64,000 bases of DNA from Bugula neritina (taxonomy: Eukaryota; Animalia; Bryozoa), in contig OZ037766.1 in assembly GCA_964035545.1 (NCBI GenBank), positions 3,038,001 to 3,102,000 of the forward strand, in the 5' to 3' direction. Positions 25,848 to 37,400 of the stretch are shown piece by piece; position 1 is the first letter of the stretch; each line of letters starts with the position of its first letter. The position numbers were made by a program, and so were the translations under genes. Under the pieces are notes generated by a model, which was not told the origin of the DNA, ran no database searches, and was given only the letters and a program-made list of their open reading frames with translations.

Positions 25848-28800
25848 CTAATCACATAATACAGGTCATGAACTTTGTGCCAACAGCTATAGTAATATCC
25901 CTATGTCGTGATACATAGCCTAATTAACTCAAGGGGCAGGGTTTACAGATAAGATAAGGAACAGTATTGGGAGAAGATGAACTGTGGCCAGGAGCTAATC
26001 ATTTTACAGTGACTTGACAAAAGATGATAGATTTATATTACTTTGTACTCGGTATTGTGTCTAGCACAGAAGTGCTTGTCTCAAAGTTTCATTACTTTGC
26101 TATTTGAAAGTAGATAACTTCACATCTTGAAAAAATATTAACGCTAATAAATAGAAATTCAAATATCTTTCTATAACAATCCTTTACAAAACCTACAGAA
26201 ACTTTCTGACTTTCATTTATAGGGAAAGTTTAATTTTTTGACACCCTTAATTAAATTTTCTGAGGTAAGACTTTAAATCAGAGAGAAACTATGATGCCAC
26301 ATTATTTCGATAACTTTTATAAATAGTCAATATTGCAGCATTAAAATACGAAAAATGACTTTTGCCTATTTATGACTGAGACTAGATGGTTTGCATTGAC
26401 TAATTTCCAATACATTGCCTGTACACAGCTAAGAGTATGCTTTTTATGGTAAAATATGGTTGAGTATAAACCTAAATGGACTGGTACTAAAAGCAGTTCA
26501 TGCAGAAATTGTAAATGAAAAGAGAACACAACTCCAAGATATACAGTTGAACACTAATTTTATAGCTATGTTACAGTCAAAATAAAAGTACTGTTAGTTT
26601 ATACACACAGTTAGATCAGATAGGCTCAAGGTGTGTTTCAGAAGTTACAAAAGGTAAAAAATAAAAGGTTTAATTTTTTGGGTTTGAAGATATAAAATAA
26701 TTTCTCTCGGCTGAGACTATTGGGTCAAAAGGTTGAATTAATTGGCAAATCATCTTCTAAGCAGTAACTATTTACTGAATAAGCATAAAATTGCACATTT
26801 TCAACCAGCTCCTACTTGGTTTGAAATTAACAATCTAAAATTAAGAAAGGATCCCAAAGTAAATGCTACTTGATACACAGCTAGACAGCTGCTATACGCA
26901 GACTATGTTATGTTATATATTTGTAATGTTTTACTATCAAGCTCATGCAAGTTTTGGAATGGAAATTAAAAACAAAACTGCTAGCAATATTGAACAGCAG
27001 ACAAGAAAAAGCTAAACTACTTTCTAATAAACACATATAAGTTATTACAAAAGCCTTTTAAATTTACTAAATAATTTGTTTATGCTGTAATGCGTTTCAG
27101 TACATTATTGGGCAATGTTTGAAAAGCAAAAAGCTAACTAATTTACATTGTGCATGTTGGTATGGTTTTCTAGTAACGCAATTCTGCAATTCAGTAACTC
27201 CATCGTATCTTCAATAGCTCGATTATAATGCTTACAACTTAAAATATCATTCTTATTAACGTAAAAATAGCTTCAGATTGCATGAATTAAACCTCCAAAC
27301 ATACATCTAAAATACAGAGAGAGACAAGATAGAAAAGTCAAATTTTCTTTTGGCCCAAAAATCAATACGATATTGTCTGGCATATAATATAACCTAATAT
27401 TTAATCACTATACCAAATTTGTTGACATTTGAATTTTATTTATAAATAAAAAAGTGAAAACAACTTTATTTTAATTTTTATGTAGCTGCGTATCATCACC
27501 AGGAATGAATTTGAAAATCTAAATCAAGTACGAAAGTAAAAAGAAAATGAAGTGAGTTTAGCTTTTAGCTTTTTTTAGCTTTTTATAATAACAGCTTGAT
27601 TTTGCTTAAAGGCAACAGTCGATGTCCAAATATCAATATACGAAACCTTAATATATGAATGATAGTCATAACCAACAAAGACCATGAAAAAATAATAAAA
27701 ATAAGTGAGATGAATAGGTGTGACTGCATTTATCTCATTTGAAAAGCAAGATTTAAGTAAAACAAAAATTACAAAACAATATTAGCCCATAACTTTAAGT
27801 TTATCTATAACTAATACTAGAAGTATAAGTATAAGGTTAGCTATGCCTATAGCCTATAGGCTATAAGTATAAGTATATCATTATTCAACTCTATTAGTGT
27901 TACAATTATCTAAATATAGTAGTCATAGTAATACTAATAGTAATTACTAACAAAAATAAGCATTACTATTACTATTAGTATTACTAAAAGTAAAAGTAAA
28001 TTTAATGAAATTTAGTTTTACTGCTGAAAACCTTTTTTAGATAACTAAAAGAAAAATTTGTTTATCAACAAGAAATTAAATAATAATAAGTATTCTAGAA
28101 ACTAAAAAGTAACACTAAAGACTAAAGAGTAAAGACCAACACTAATAGTAATCCTTAATCGAGTAAACTGAAACGTAACCATGTGTCGCTATCAATATGA
28201 GTATGAGCATCAATATGGCTAAGACTAGTAAGTGGGACTAGACCTAAGGGCCAGGAGTGTCACTCTCAAATTTGCTGCGTATGACGAGTTTATCACTTTA
28301 AGTTTATGATCAGTATCATAGAGTCCGAGTATCACAGTTGTCGTTGAGTCACTTGATGAACATCATGATCATAATCATTGATCAAACTCAAAGCATATCA
28401 ATTACTTATTTATTATACATTCAGTTTCTACTACCCAATCAATAATTACGTTCTTATAAGTATATAGTTTGACATAAAATTGATAAATTTATACTTTACA
28501 CAACTCCTTTGCATTTCATTGAAACGAAAATGTTACTGGAAATTCAAACCGATTTAAATTGTTAGTGGAAATAAGTTATAAAGAAGCATACTGGACCCGC
28601 TACAAAATATGTTTTAATCGAAAAAGAAATAGTATATTTATGTACATAGTCATGGCTCCTGACACTGGCTAGAAATCATTATTTATTAGTAGCCAATGTC
28701 TAATAGCAATATTATTAATTATAATGTTTGTATCAATTATGGAAATTAAAGTTATGTAAAAGACTTGCAAACCATTGAAAACAAATTATTTTCGTTCGGA

Positions 28801-30077
28801 CAGAAATAGTTAGAGAGTTATCTGCTCAAAGCTATTATGAAGGCCGTCCTTAGATGACTCTGATCAATGGTAATATACACGATGAGTACAACGATTTAAC
28901 TGACTCGGTTGCCCTAATATCTTTCAATTAAGCAAGATGTTTGAGGCAATACAAAATACCTTTTTACTTTTTATATCCGTTTGCAGAGCGTAGGCTATAT
29001 AACTGCTAAAAATAGACATAATAATATTATGTCATTCTTGTTTATCCAACCGCTGTTCCCAACTATTCCGTATTCGGTAGCTGCAACTGTCAGGTGTGGG
29101 AAGCTAACAGTAACATAATAATAATAATAATAACAATTCTTCCTTAATCGTTATATTTTGCGTTGAGCTTCAAACGTACTATTTAAATGGTTTTTTTTGG
29201 TATTGATAAGACAGTATTAGTGATCGTAGAATATCAATATAAGACTAAGTATCATTATGATTATGATTATGCGTTACTGTTAGTTTTACTTTTACTTTTA
29301 GTGTTACTCTGTTAGCAATGTGAAATTGAAGTGAAACTGAATGTCAATGTGAATAACAATTATTGAATTAACGTTAAGTTTAACCTGTTTAACAATAAAA
29401 TTAACTTAAACTATAACTAAAACTAAAAGTATAACTACTACTAGTATTAGTATAACTATAAGTATAAGTTAATGTATAAGCATTGCCATTACTATTAGTA
29501 TTAGACTTAGTATAACTCATGAAATTAAATAACCTCTAGTTTAACAACTGTTAGTCATGTTGTTAGACTTAGTGTTAGTCTTAGAAGTACGCATTTATTT
29601 TTTACGGTTACTGTTAGACTTAAAGTTTTAGTTAAACTCGAATTAAAACTGTCGAAGTTGAGCACTGCCACGTGCCCTTGGCCTTGCTGTTTCAGTTTGA
29701 GTTACATTTTGACTTGGAGATAGTGAAGTTCAAGTTAAAGTTACTCTTGGTCTTACTCTTTCACTCTGGGTTAGTTTTAATTTTTAAGCCTAAGGAATTA
29801 GGAATGAGTAATTCCCAGGTGAATTAAAATTTAGTTATTAAAATTCAATTATTAGTAATGATTAATATTAAATATAAATATTACATTTAATTTTGTTTTT
29901 AATGTAATAACTTTCAGTGGGACTCAAACTCTAAGCATAGTCAAAATCATAGTGATAGTGTGACTGTGAGTGTCAATGAATGAATGATAATTAGTTATAT
30001 TTTAAAATAATATTGATAATATTTTAAGTATGGCTATAAATGGTTAAATCATTAAATTAATAGTAATCCTGATAACC

Positions 30078-30330
30078 GGTTTCATCCCACTTAGACTATT
30101 CCCACAAGTAGCAATATTTCACTTGGTTTTATGTGTTTATTTTAGTTTTTTAGTTTATAAAAAATGCTATAACAGGCTTTATAAAATATAAAAGTTTATC
30201 AATCAGTAATTAAGCTTGCTAATGGCTTCTTTGATTTCTATTATGTGCTAAATAATAGCATAAAATGCACATATTACGCTAAAATCTATAAATAACGTCT
30301 AACTGGGAATGGTCTAAGTAGGATGACACC
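30078..30330. mobile_element. MITE with 27-bp TIRs (GG..CC termini) and about 8-bp TSD
   Basis: Left TIR GGTTTCATCCCACTTAGACTATTCCCA versus reverse complement of right TIR GGTGTCATCCTACTTAGACCATTCCCA (3 mismatches). Flanks are TGATAACC and TAATAACC. Confidence 0.75.
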
Positions 30331-30802
30331 TAATAACCATATTCATATTAGAAGGGATTATAATTATCGGCCCTATGACTGTGTTTATAATTATTACCAT
30401 ATACTTATTTTTAGAATATCCTTATGTTAGCTGAATAATGTTAGTTAAATGAGGTTAGAGTGCTAAGCTAGTCAACCATCCCTTATGTTATTAGTAGCCT
30501 ACTTTATAATGATAATAATAGTTTATATATTATTATATATAAATGCTCTTTATTTTATAATATTCTTTATTCATCCATTATGACCATCATAGAATTAGTA
30601 ATACAAATAATGTTTACTTATGTTAACCAAGTTAAAGAATGTTGAATCTTAAGCAGCAATATTAACTTGTATTTGATATATATTATTCAAACCTGATTAA
30701 GATGCCCTATCTCTTAGCTATAGGCCATGCTTGAACTTCTTAATTTTTTAATTAATTATCTAAATTGTGATACTTCAATTGTTGCAGTAGAGGAAAACTC
30801 TA

Positions 30803-33800
30803 ATGAAGATGACTGTGTTGGCAGTATGGATGCTTCTAGCATCTGCTTGGTAAGTTAGAAATCTGAACTGTAAAGTTTATACACAGGTTTTTGTCTTCAG
30901 TAGCTTATTGATCAGAGCTGCCTGAAAATGTACATTTCCATCCTCGGAACAATTTTCCAAGAAACATCATTGTTCGTTTTTAAATTTTAAATGTTTTAAT
31001 TACGGTTGTGTCATTCCAATGCCTTTTATTGAATTGATTTAGCAGTAGTTTATTTGTAGCTGTAACAAACTCGAAATAATAAAATTCAGCACAATGGCTG
31101 TTCAAATGAAACAAGAAATGGTTGCATAAATCAGTCATTTCTTCTTTGGCAATCATTAAAGGTTAGTTTTGCGTATGAAATATATATGTATAACTAAATG
31201 ATGTTCATGTAAGTTTATGTCTTTTTAGTGCTATTACTGAAGCAGCTACTTTTAATCAAATCACTATTGACCAATATGTTGAAGATTTCACAAAAATTGA
31301 TCAGTTCTACCATGGTAAACCATCTTATTACGAAGCGGAACTCCTCATTCATTCGATTCAGGCAGATCTGAGAGTCCCAGGAAACCTTTTGGTCGCGGTT
31401 GGCAATGCTATCTATTCTGTTGACGAGGACGGTATGACAGAAGTTCTTGTCGGTGGAACTGAGGCTGGGAATGCAAATGGTCCAGCCCAAAGTTCGGAGT
31501 TCAACATTACGGCTAGCTTTCTCCAATTGGATTCGTCTACCCTCTTGATTTCAGATCAGGGCAATCGTTGTATTCGAAAGTTTGATAGATTTAGCAAGCA
31601 GGTTTCTGAGTATGCTGGCAGCTGTGACCCCACTCAGCGGTTTTATAGCCGAGCCTCCTACAAACCCTGGGAAGCCTTCAATTCCCCAAGTCGTATACTG
31701 CTCGTTGACAATCAGGTGATGATTCTGGACAGAGTTGGCTCTAATTCACTCATTGTGTCTAAAGATCTGAATAATGGTCTAGTAAAAACAATTTGGAATG
31801 TTGGAAATGACGCCACTGACTTTGTTTATGAGCCAACTTACAAGTCATACATTGTAGCCGAGAGGGCTGGAGTTTATAATGTTACGGTCGATGAGGTTAA
31901 TAATGCTAATAAGCAGTTCCTGTATTACTTGGATTCGGTAACCAGAAACCGCGTGTTAGGTTTGAGCCTTTCCGATGATCTGCTGTATGTAGCAGACAAG
32001 TCGCGAGGCGTGGTTGATGTGGCGACTGTCAAGAGCGAGTACACCATATTTACTCTGTGCGGCTCGGTCTCCGATTACTGGTCCATGCCGTCTTGCAACA
32101 TCGATAGTCCCACTGCTGTGGCCACCATCAATGGTTACATCTACTTCTCCCACTCTCCAAAATCCTTTGCTTCGTACAGTGGCTCTGGCACAGTCAGGGC
32201 TTACCTTTACCGAGTCTCTTACTCTCTCAGAGGTAATAGCTTATAGTCTCCAACTTGAAATATAATCTTACTTATTTTCCATGTTGGTAACAGAGTAATA
32301 ATTACGATCATTCATTTATCTAATACTCAAAGTTTATGATGCAGTTACTTTCTGGTATACAGAGATTTGATTTATCAGTTAAATATTTTAGTGAAGTCAA
32401 TGTTTGAATATTTTTGATGGGCGTGTTTACAATAATTCATCGATGAATGTTATAGCTCTAAAATTATTATCAAGCTGGCCCTTGTACCATTTTCCCAAGG
32501 CGCGGGAAAGATGTTGCTGAACAAACTGGTCATGTTCTTATTTCTTTACTTGTTAGGTGAAGTAACTACCGCCATGTACTCTGAATCAAGTAACTCTTGT
32601 AAGTACTGAATACTTCATTAATTTAATATTAATTTTGGCCAACAGTAAATTAGGAATTAGTTTAAGGTTCTGTTTAACTTAGTGTCAACTTGCTATACAT
32701 TTTTCCCATCCACTTGGCGTAAACTAACAATATAATAATGAAAAATATTCTTCACTTGTAGTCAATGCTTTCTGTATTTGACTGTACAAAATATAAATAG
32801 CAATAAAAGTCAAGTAGTAGAAAATGCTGTTGTTGTGATACAGCAAACTGATTGTAGATGGCAGCAGTTACGGCGCATCTGCTGGAAGCACAGCTGTGAT
32901 TGTCATTGTGGTGATTGTGGCAGTGGCTGTCAAGATTGGACTTATCGTGCTGTGTGTGTGGAGGTGGTCACGGAGAGTAGCTTATAGGGTGAGTATTGTG
33001 TAGTCACACAGAGTATCTAGTAGAGTAAGTATTGTATAGTCACACAGAGTATCTAGTAGAGTAAGTATTGTATAGTCACACAGAGTATCTAGTAGAGTAA
33101 GTATTGTATAGTCACACAGAGTATCTAGTAGAGTAAGTATTGTATAGTCACACAGGGTCTAGTAGAGTGAGCATTGTATAGTAACACAGAGTATCTAGTA
33201 GAGTCAGTATTATATAGTAACACAGATCATCTAGTAGAGTGAGTATTGTGTAGTCACACAGATCATCTAGTAGAGTGAGTATTGTATAGTCCCACAGAGC
33301 CTAGTAGAGTGAGTATTGTGTAGTCACATTAAACCTGATTATGAACCTCCCTCTAACTGTACTTCTCTCTATTACTAAGTGAGTTTCATCATGCAATGTA
33401 ACTACTATACAATGTAACTACTATACAATGTAACTACTATACAATGTCACTACTATACAATGTAAATTAATAACCAAGTGTATATGAGGCAATCTCTACT
33501 TCCTTATCTGTGAAGTGAATAATCAGTCACTTCTCTCCTCTTGCAGCTCCTATCAGTTGAAAACATGCTATTGATTAACAATAAACTGAGTAGATGGATA
33601 TTTTCTGATAGGACAGTTATTGTTTCCCTTCCAATTTGCTATGGGTTGCATCACTCGCTTACTAAATGTTAGAGCAATCATCAGCTAGTATCTGCAATAC
33701 ATGTTGTCACTATCACACCTCATTTGATTTGTTAGAAATTTCTTCTAAAACTGCGCTATTCTACCTAGCAGAGGAGCTAAAGTTCTTATATACCATGTTT

Positions 33801-34465
33801 CGTGTTGCTTGCAGCGCTACCAAACAAATACTACGGTGGTCACCGTCGCCCAACCGACTACCACTGTGGTGCAGTCATCTGTGCCTTACGGTAGACTCCA
33901 GGAGCCGTACCCACCTCCGGCGCAGTTTCCCCCACCCCCCTCCTACAGCATGAATCAACACCAAGGTGGGCATATGGCATTGGGCTAAAGCCGGTGTGAG
34001 TATAGTACGGTGCAAGGCAGACATCTCTGGTAGTAAACACTCATTCGATAGAGACTTGGATCGAATATTTGACCTTGACCCTATAGTGCGGTTTTATGAT
34101 TTTTACTAGAAGTAAAGGTTGTTGAAAGATTGCAATATGATTTGATTTTAAGTAAGCTGAACAAGTGAGTAATGTTTTTGAAACTGAGCCTTTAATGTTT
34201 TGATCTACAGAATGAACAGGTGAAATCACGTTTCATGTCATACTAAATCATATTCAAGTAGTATAGTTACAAATATGTTGACACTTGAAACGTATTTGTA
34301 TCATTCCTCTGTAATGATTTGACACATGGTATCATGTAAAGCAATTTGCAACATATTCTGTCACTCGTCATCTAATACATCTACTGTAATATTGTTTAAT
34401 ATTCATGTCATTATATCCTTATTCCAGCTCCCCCTGCTTACTCTCAAGTTGGAAACAAGTACTGA
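30803..34465 (+). CDS. Uncharacterised type I transmembrane protein, about 470 aa: signal peptide, NHL-repeat/beta-propeller-like ectodomain, TM helix, PPxY-rich tail
   Basis: Exons 30803-30849, 31229-32232, 32557-32598, 32858-32988, 33815-33965, 34428-34465; all GT-AG, phases consistent, 1413 nt. Signal MKMTVLAVWMLLASACAITEA. NHL-like GNANGPAQSSEFN...LLISDQGNRCIRKFD, AFNSPSRILL, LLYVADK. TM TAVIVIVVIVAVAVKIGLIVLCVW followed by RWSRR. Tail contains PPPPSY and APPAY. AATAAA at 34611. Confidence 0.85.
32983..33330. repeat. 36-bp minisatellite derived from an exon-intron junction, 10 donor-bearing units
   Basis: Unit AGTATCTAGTAGA-GTAAGTATTGTATAGTCACACAG; GT donor motifs at 32989, 33025, 33061, 33097, 33133, 33167, 33203, 33239, 33275, 33309. 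Confidence 0.93.
33393..33465. repeat. 16-bp repeat (CAATGTAACTACTATA), about 4.5 copies
   Basis: Directly visible. Confidence 0.9.
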
Positions 34466-37400
34466 CAATCAATACTGGATGCTAACAGACAATAATACTT
34501 TCTGAGTTATTTTTATATTCTAGTTATATTTTTGTTTTGTTTTTTCTCCAAATGATTCTGTGCTGACCTAGTGTCATAATATACTGTGCATTGCAGCTGA
34601 TTTTTATACTAATAAAATATATCTTTACTATTTTGAACTTTCAATCATCAACCACCTTTACCTGTCTCAAGTTATTTTTGCTTGAATTTTGTGATGTTTT
34701 CTAAATGATGTGAAGCCAACCATTTACCTCTATTTCACTTATATAAATTGTTTGATGTTTGTGTTATAATATTTGCCACCATTGGAACAATTCCTTTTGT
34801 GTTGAAACACAAAAATGAATATAATGATGTTTTATATAAACTGTCAAAACTTCGTGTTTGCCATTCTTTAACTGAACGAATTATTGCTGATTAAAACAAT
34901 AAAGTTACGTAAAGTACTATAAGTTATCAGTTACTGGTCTGTTTGCAGGTAAAAAGGACAGTAACTTGCGTCATAATATTATTTTCCGGTTACTGTGTGA
35001 TGCTAAAACTATGTGCTGGTAAATTGCTGTGTTGGCATTACTGGCAATGGCAAAATACTATACTGCTAACAGATCAGTAGGATAATATGTGAACTGCGAC
35101 TTAGTTGTAACCATATAAATGTTGTATATTCAGTGATAGGACTATAAAATAAATACGGACTAAACTATAGTAGTAATTTAAATATAGACAATACCATAGT
35201 AGTAATTTCATTCTTGTTGGCATCTAAATACACACAACACTTTAGTCTACTCCATGATCTAGCTTCTATACTGGCCTTAGCTGACCTTTTGGTATTGTAA
35301 AACAGTTGACCTCACTTGGCCATTTCAAGAGGTCAAACAGAACTAAACATTAGATTGATAAATATAAACACTTACAGAATTGTCTTCTCTTATTGAAAAT
35401 GGACACGACTATCATTTCTTCATTTATAGCATATAATGCTAACGGTTATAATGTGATTATTTAAAATCACGGTTATAATGCTATGACTCATTCAATATAA
35501 TATTTAAAAATGATGTTTCTATGCAAGCACTATAGCACACATAAGCAATTTTGCAGATAATACATTAATCATGGCTTATAAATAAACACATTTTGCTGCA
35601 AAAAACAAGCATAAGACAAAGATCAAAGTTCAAATATTACAAGCATAATATGGTAACAAAAGGAAAAAACCAATTTTCCAAGCAGAACATATAATTAGGT
35701 TAGACAACTCCAACTAAATAAGGTAAGTACACTAAAAGACACTCTTCAGCTATAAGGATTATAATTACAATATGAATATTCTTTAGTCTCTATAAAAATA
35801 TTTTTAAAAATATTGTTCATGACGTTGATTGGATAGAGCCCATGCTGAAATGCAATACTTAATAGCTCAATGTGTAACTGCAGTTAAATTAGATGAAACA
35901 GGATAAACATTTTGCCCCCTTTCTAGCTGTGAGTTGATTATATTTGTCTAGAGATATTTGGATTTTATAATTCTTCCTGTTTATTTTTGTGATTCTAAGT
36001 TATATGAAGTATATCTGCTTTCTTTGTGGACAGACAATTTCTCACCCTTGGGAGTTTTTCTTCAATTCAAATAATATAGATAATTGGCCGTCTACTTTAG
36101 CCCATGAGAGCTACCAATTCTAACAGATATCTCTGTCATGGAATAGTAAATACAATACATTTCTATCCTTGCTGGTGTATCTTTATGGTAGTATAGTCTA
36201 ACAATTTACTCACACCGTGGCTGCAAAGCTATTTTATCGAAATGCCAACTTGATTTGCTAAACTGCGATCTCAATCAAAATTTCAAACAGTATAGTTGGC
36301 TAAAGCACAAGCGTGAAGAAAACATCTACTGTACAAATATTTCGAGTTATATTTATAGCTACAGCTATCAAAATGAAAAACACTGCAGCGTTCTAAAATT
36401 AAAACTGAGGTACGTGGCTATGCAAATTTCTTTTATAGGTTTGGATTTATAAATTTTGGTTTGATGTGTGTATTGAGTGTAATTTATAAGTATAAGACAA
36501 CTTTTAAGCGCTATTTGAATATATCTTAATTTATAAATGCATAACAGGAGCCTTGCAGGAGAGTTGCTAATATAAAATTACTTTACTTCGATATGCTGTT
36601 TGTCTTTATTCAAAGTTGTTCTCTCCTTCTTAGAACAAAACACCAGGTTATAGCCTATATTTATCGATTTTACAAACTGATTTAAGCTTTCGTGCATGAA
36701 ATATTAAAAATGATTAAAGCTATGCTAAACTGCAAATAAGTAGAAGTTAGATAATCATAACCTTTTACTTCTTTCAATTATTAGATTAGCATAAATCTGT
36801 AAGCTTTTAAATAGTTCAATTACTCTGAAATAATAATTTACTGCAACATTGCCCCAAACCAGTTTATAATTTCTTCAAGAAAGCTAATGCTATCTAAATA
36901 ACTTATGAGTAATCTTTACAATCTCCTTATGATTATTCGCTAATATTTGAATACACTGAATGGAACTTAAAAACGAATAATTTAAGCTGTAACTTAGAAA
37001 ACAATAAACGAGCAAATTTTGAAATTATATTAAGTGAAAATAAACTCTAGTACAAACTTTTGTCCCATGGAAAAATTTTTCAAATTTGTATAGCAATATT
37101 ATAGTTATAAAATTATTTTAGTATTTAGTGAATTTGAAATATAAATCTTTTACTAGTAGGAACAATTTCTTTCGATCATTTATACAAAATCTTTACAGCC
37201 AAATTTCGCTAATTATTTAGAGTATTTTAACCATGCAACTGTGTTTAAAAACTTATCGATTAGTTTCATGTTACTATATACATAACACGTTGTTTTATAC
37301 TAGTCAGTTTACTTCTAGACATTCTAAGTACAACGAATAGCAAGCTAGCTTCACACTGCAAACAGCCTTTGGTGGATAGACTTTATATCGTGAGGTGAGA

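Noticed and set aside
1404-30803. Operon with SL trans-splicing, suggested by acceptors just before each ATG and close gene spacing
   Set aside because: Plausible cis donors lie upstream of each (about 1824, 12181, 23316/25734, 29819), so ordinary 5'UTR introns suffice.
32778-32987. Cys-rich ORF (CDCHCGDCGSGC) resembling a metal-binding peptide
   Set aside because: It is an alternative frame of the Val/Ile-rich TM exon of the orphan receptor.
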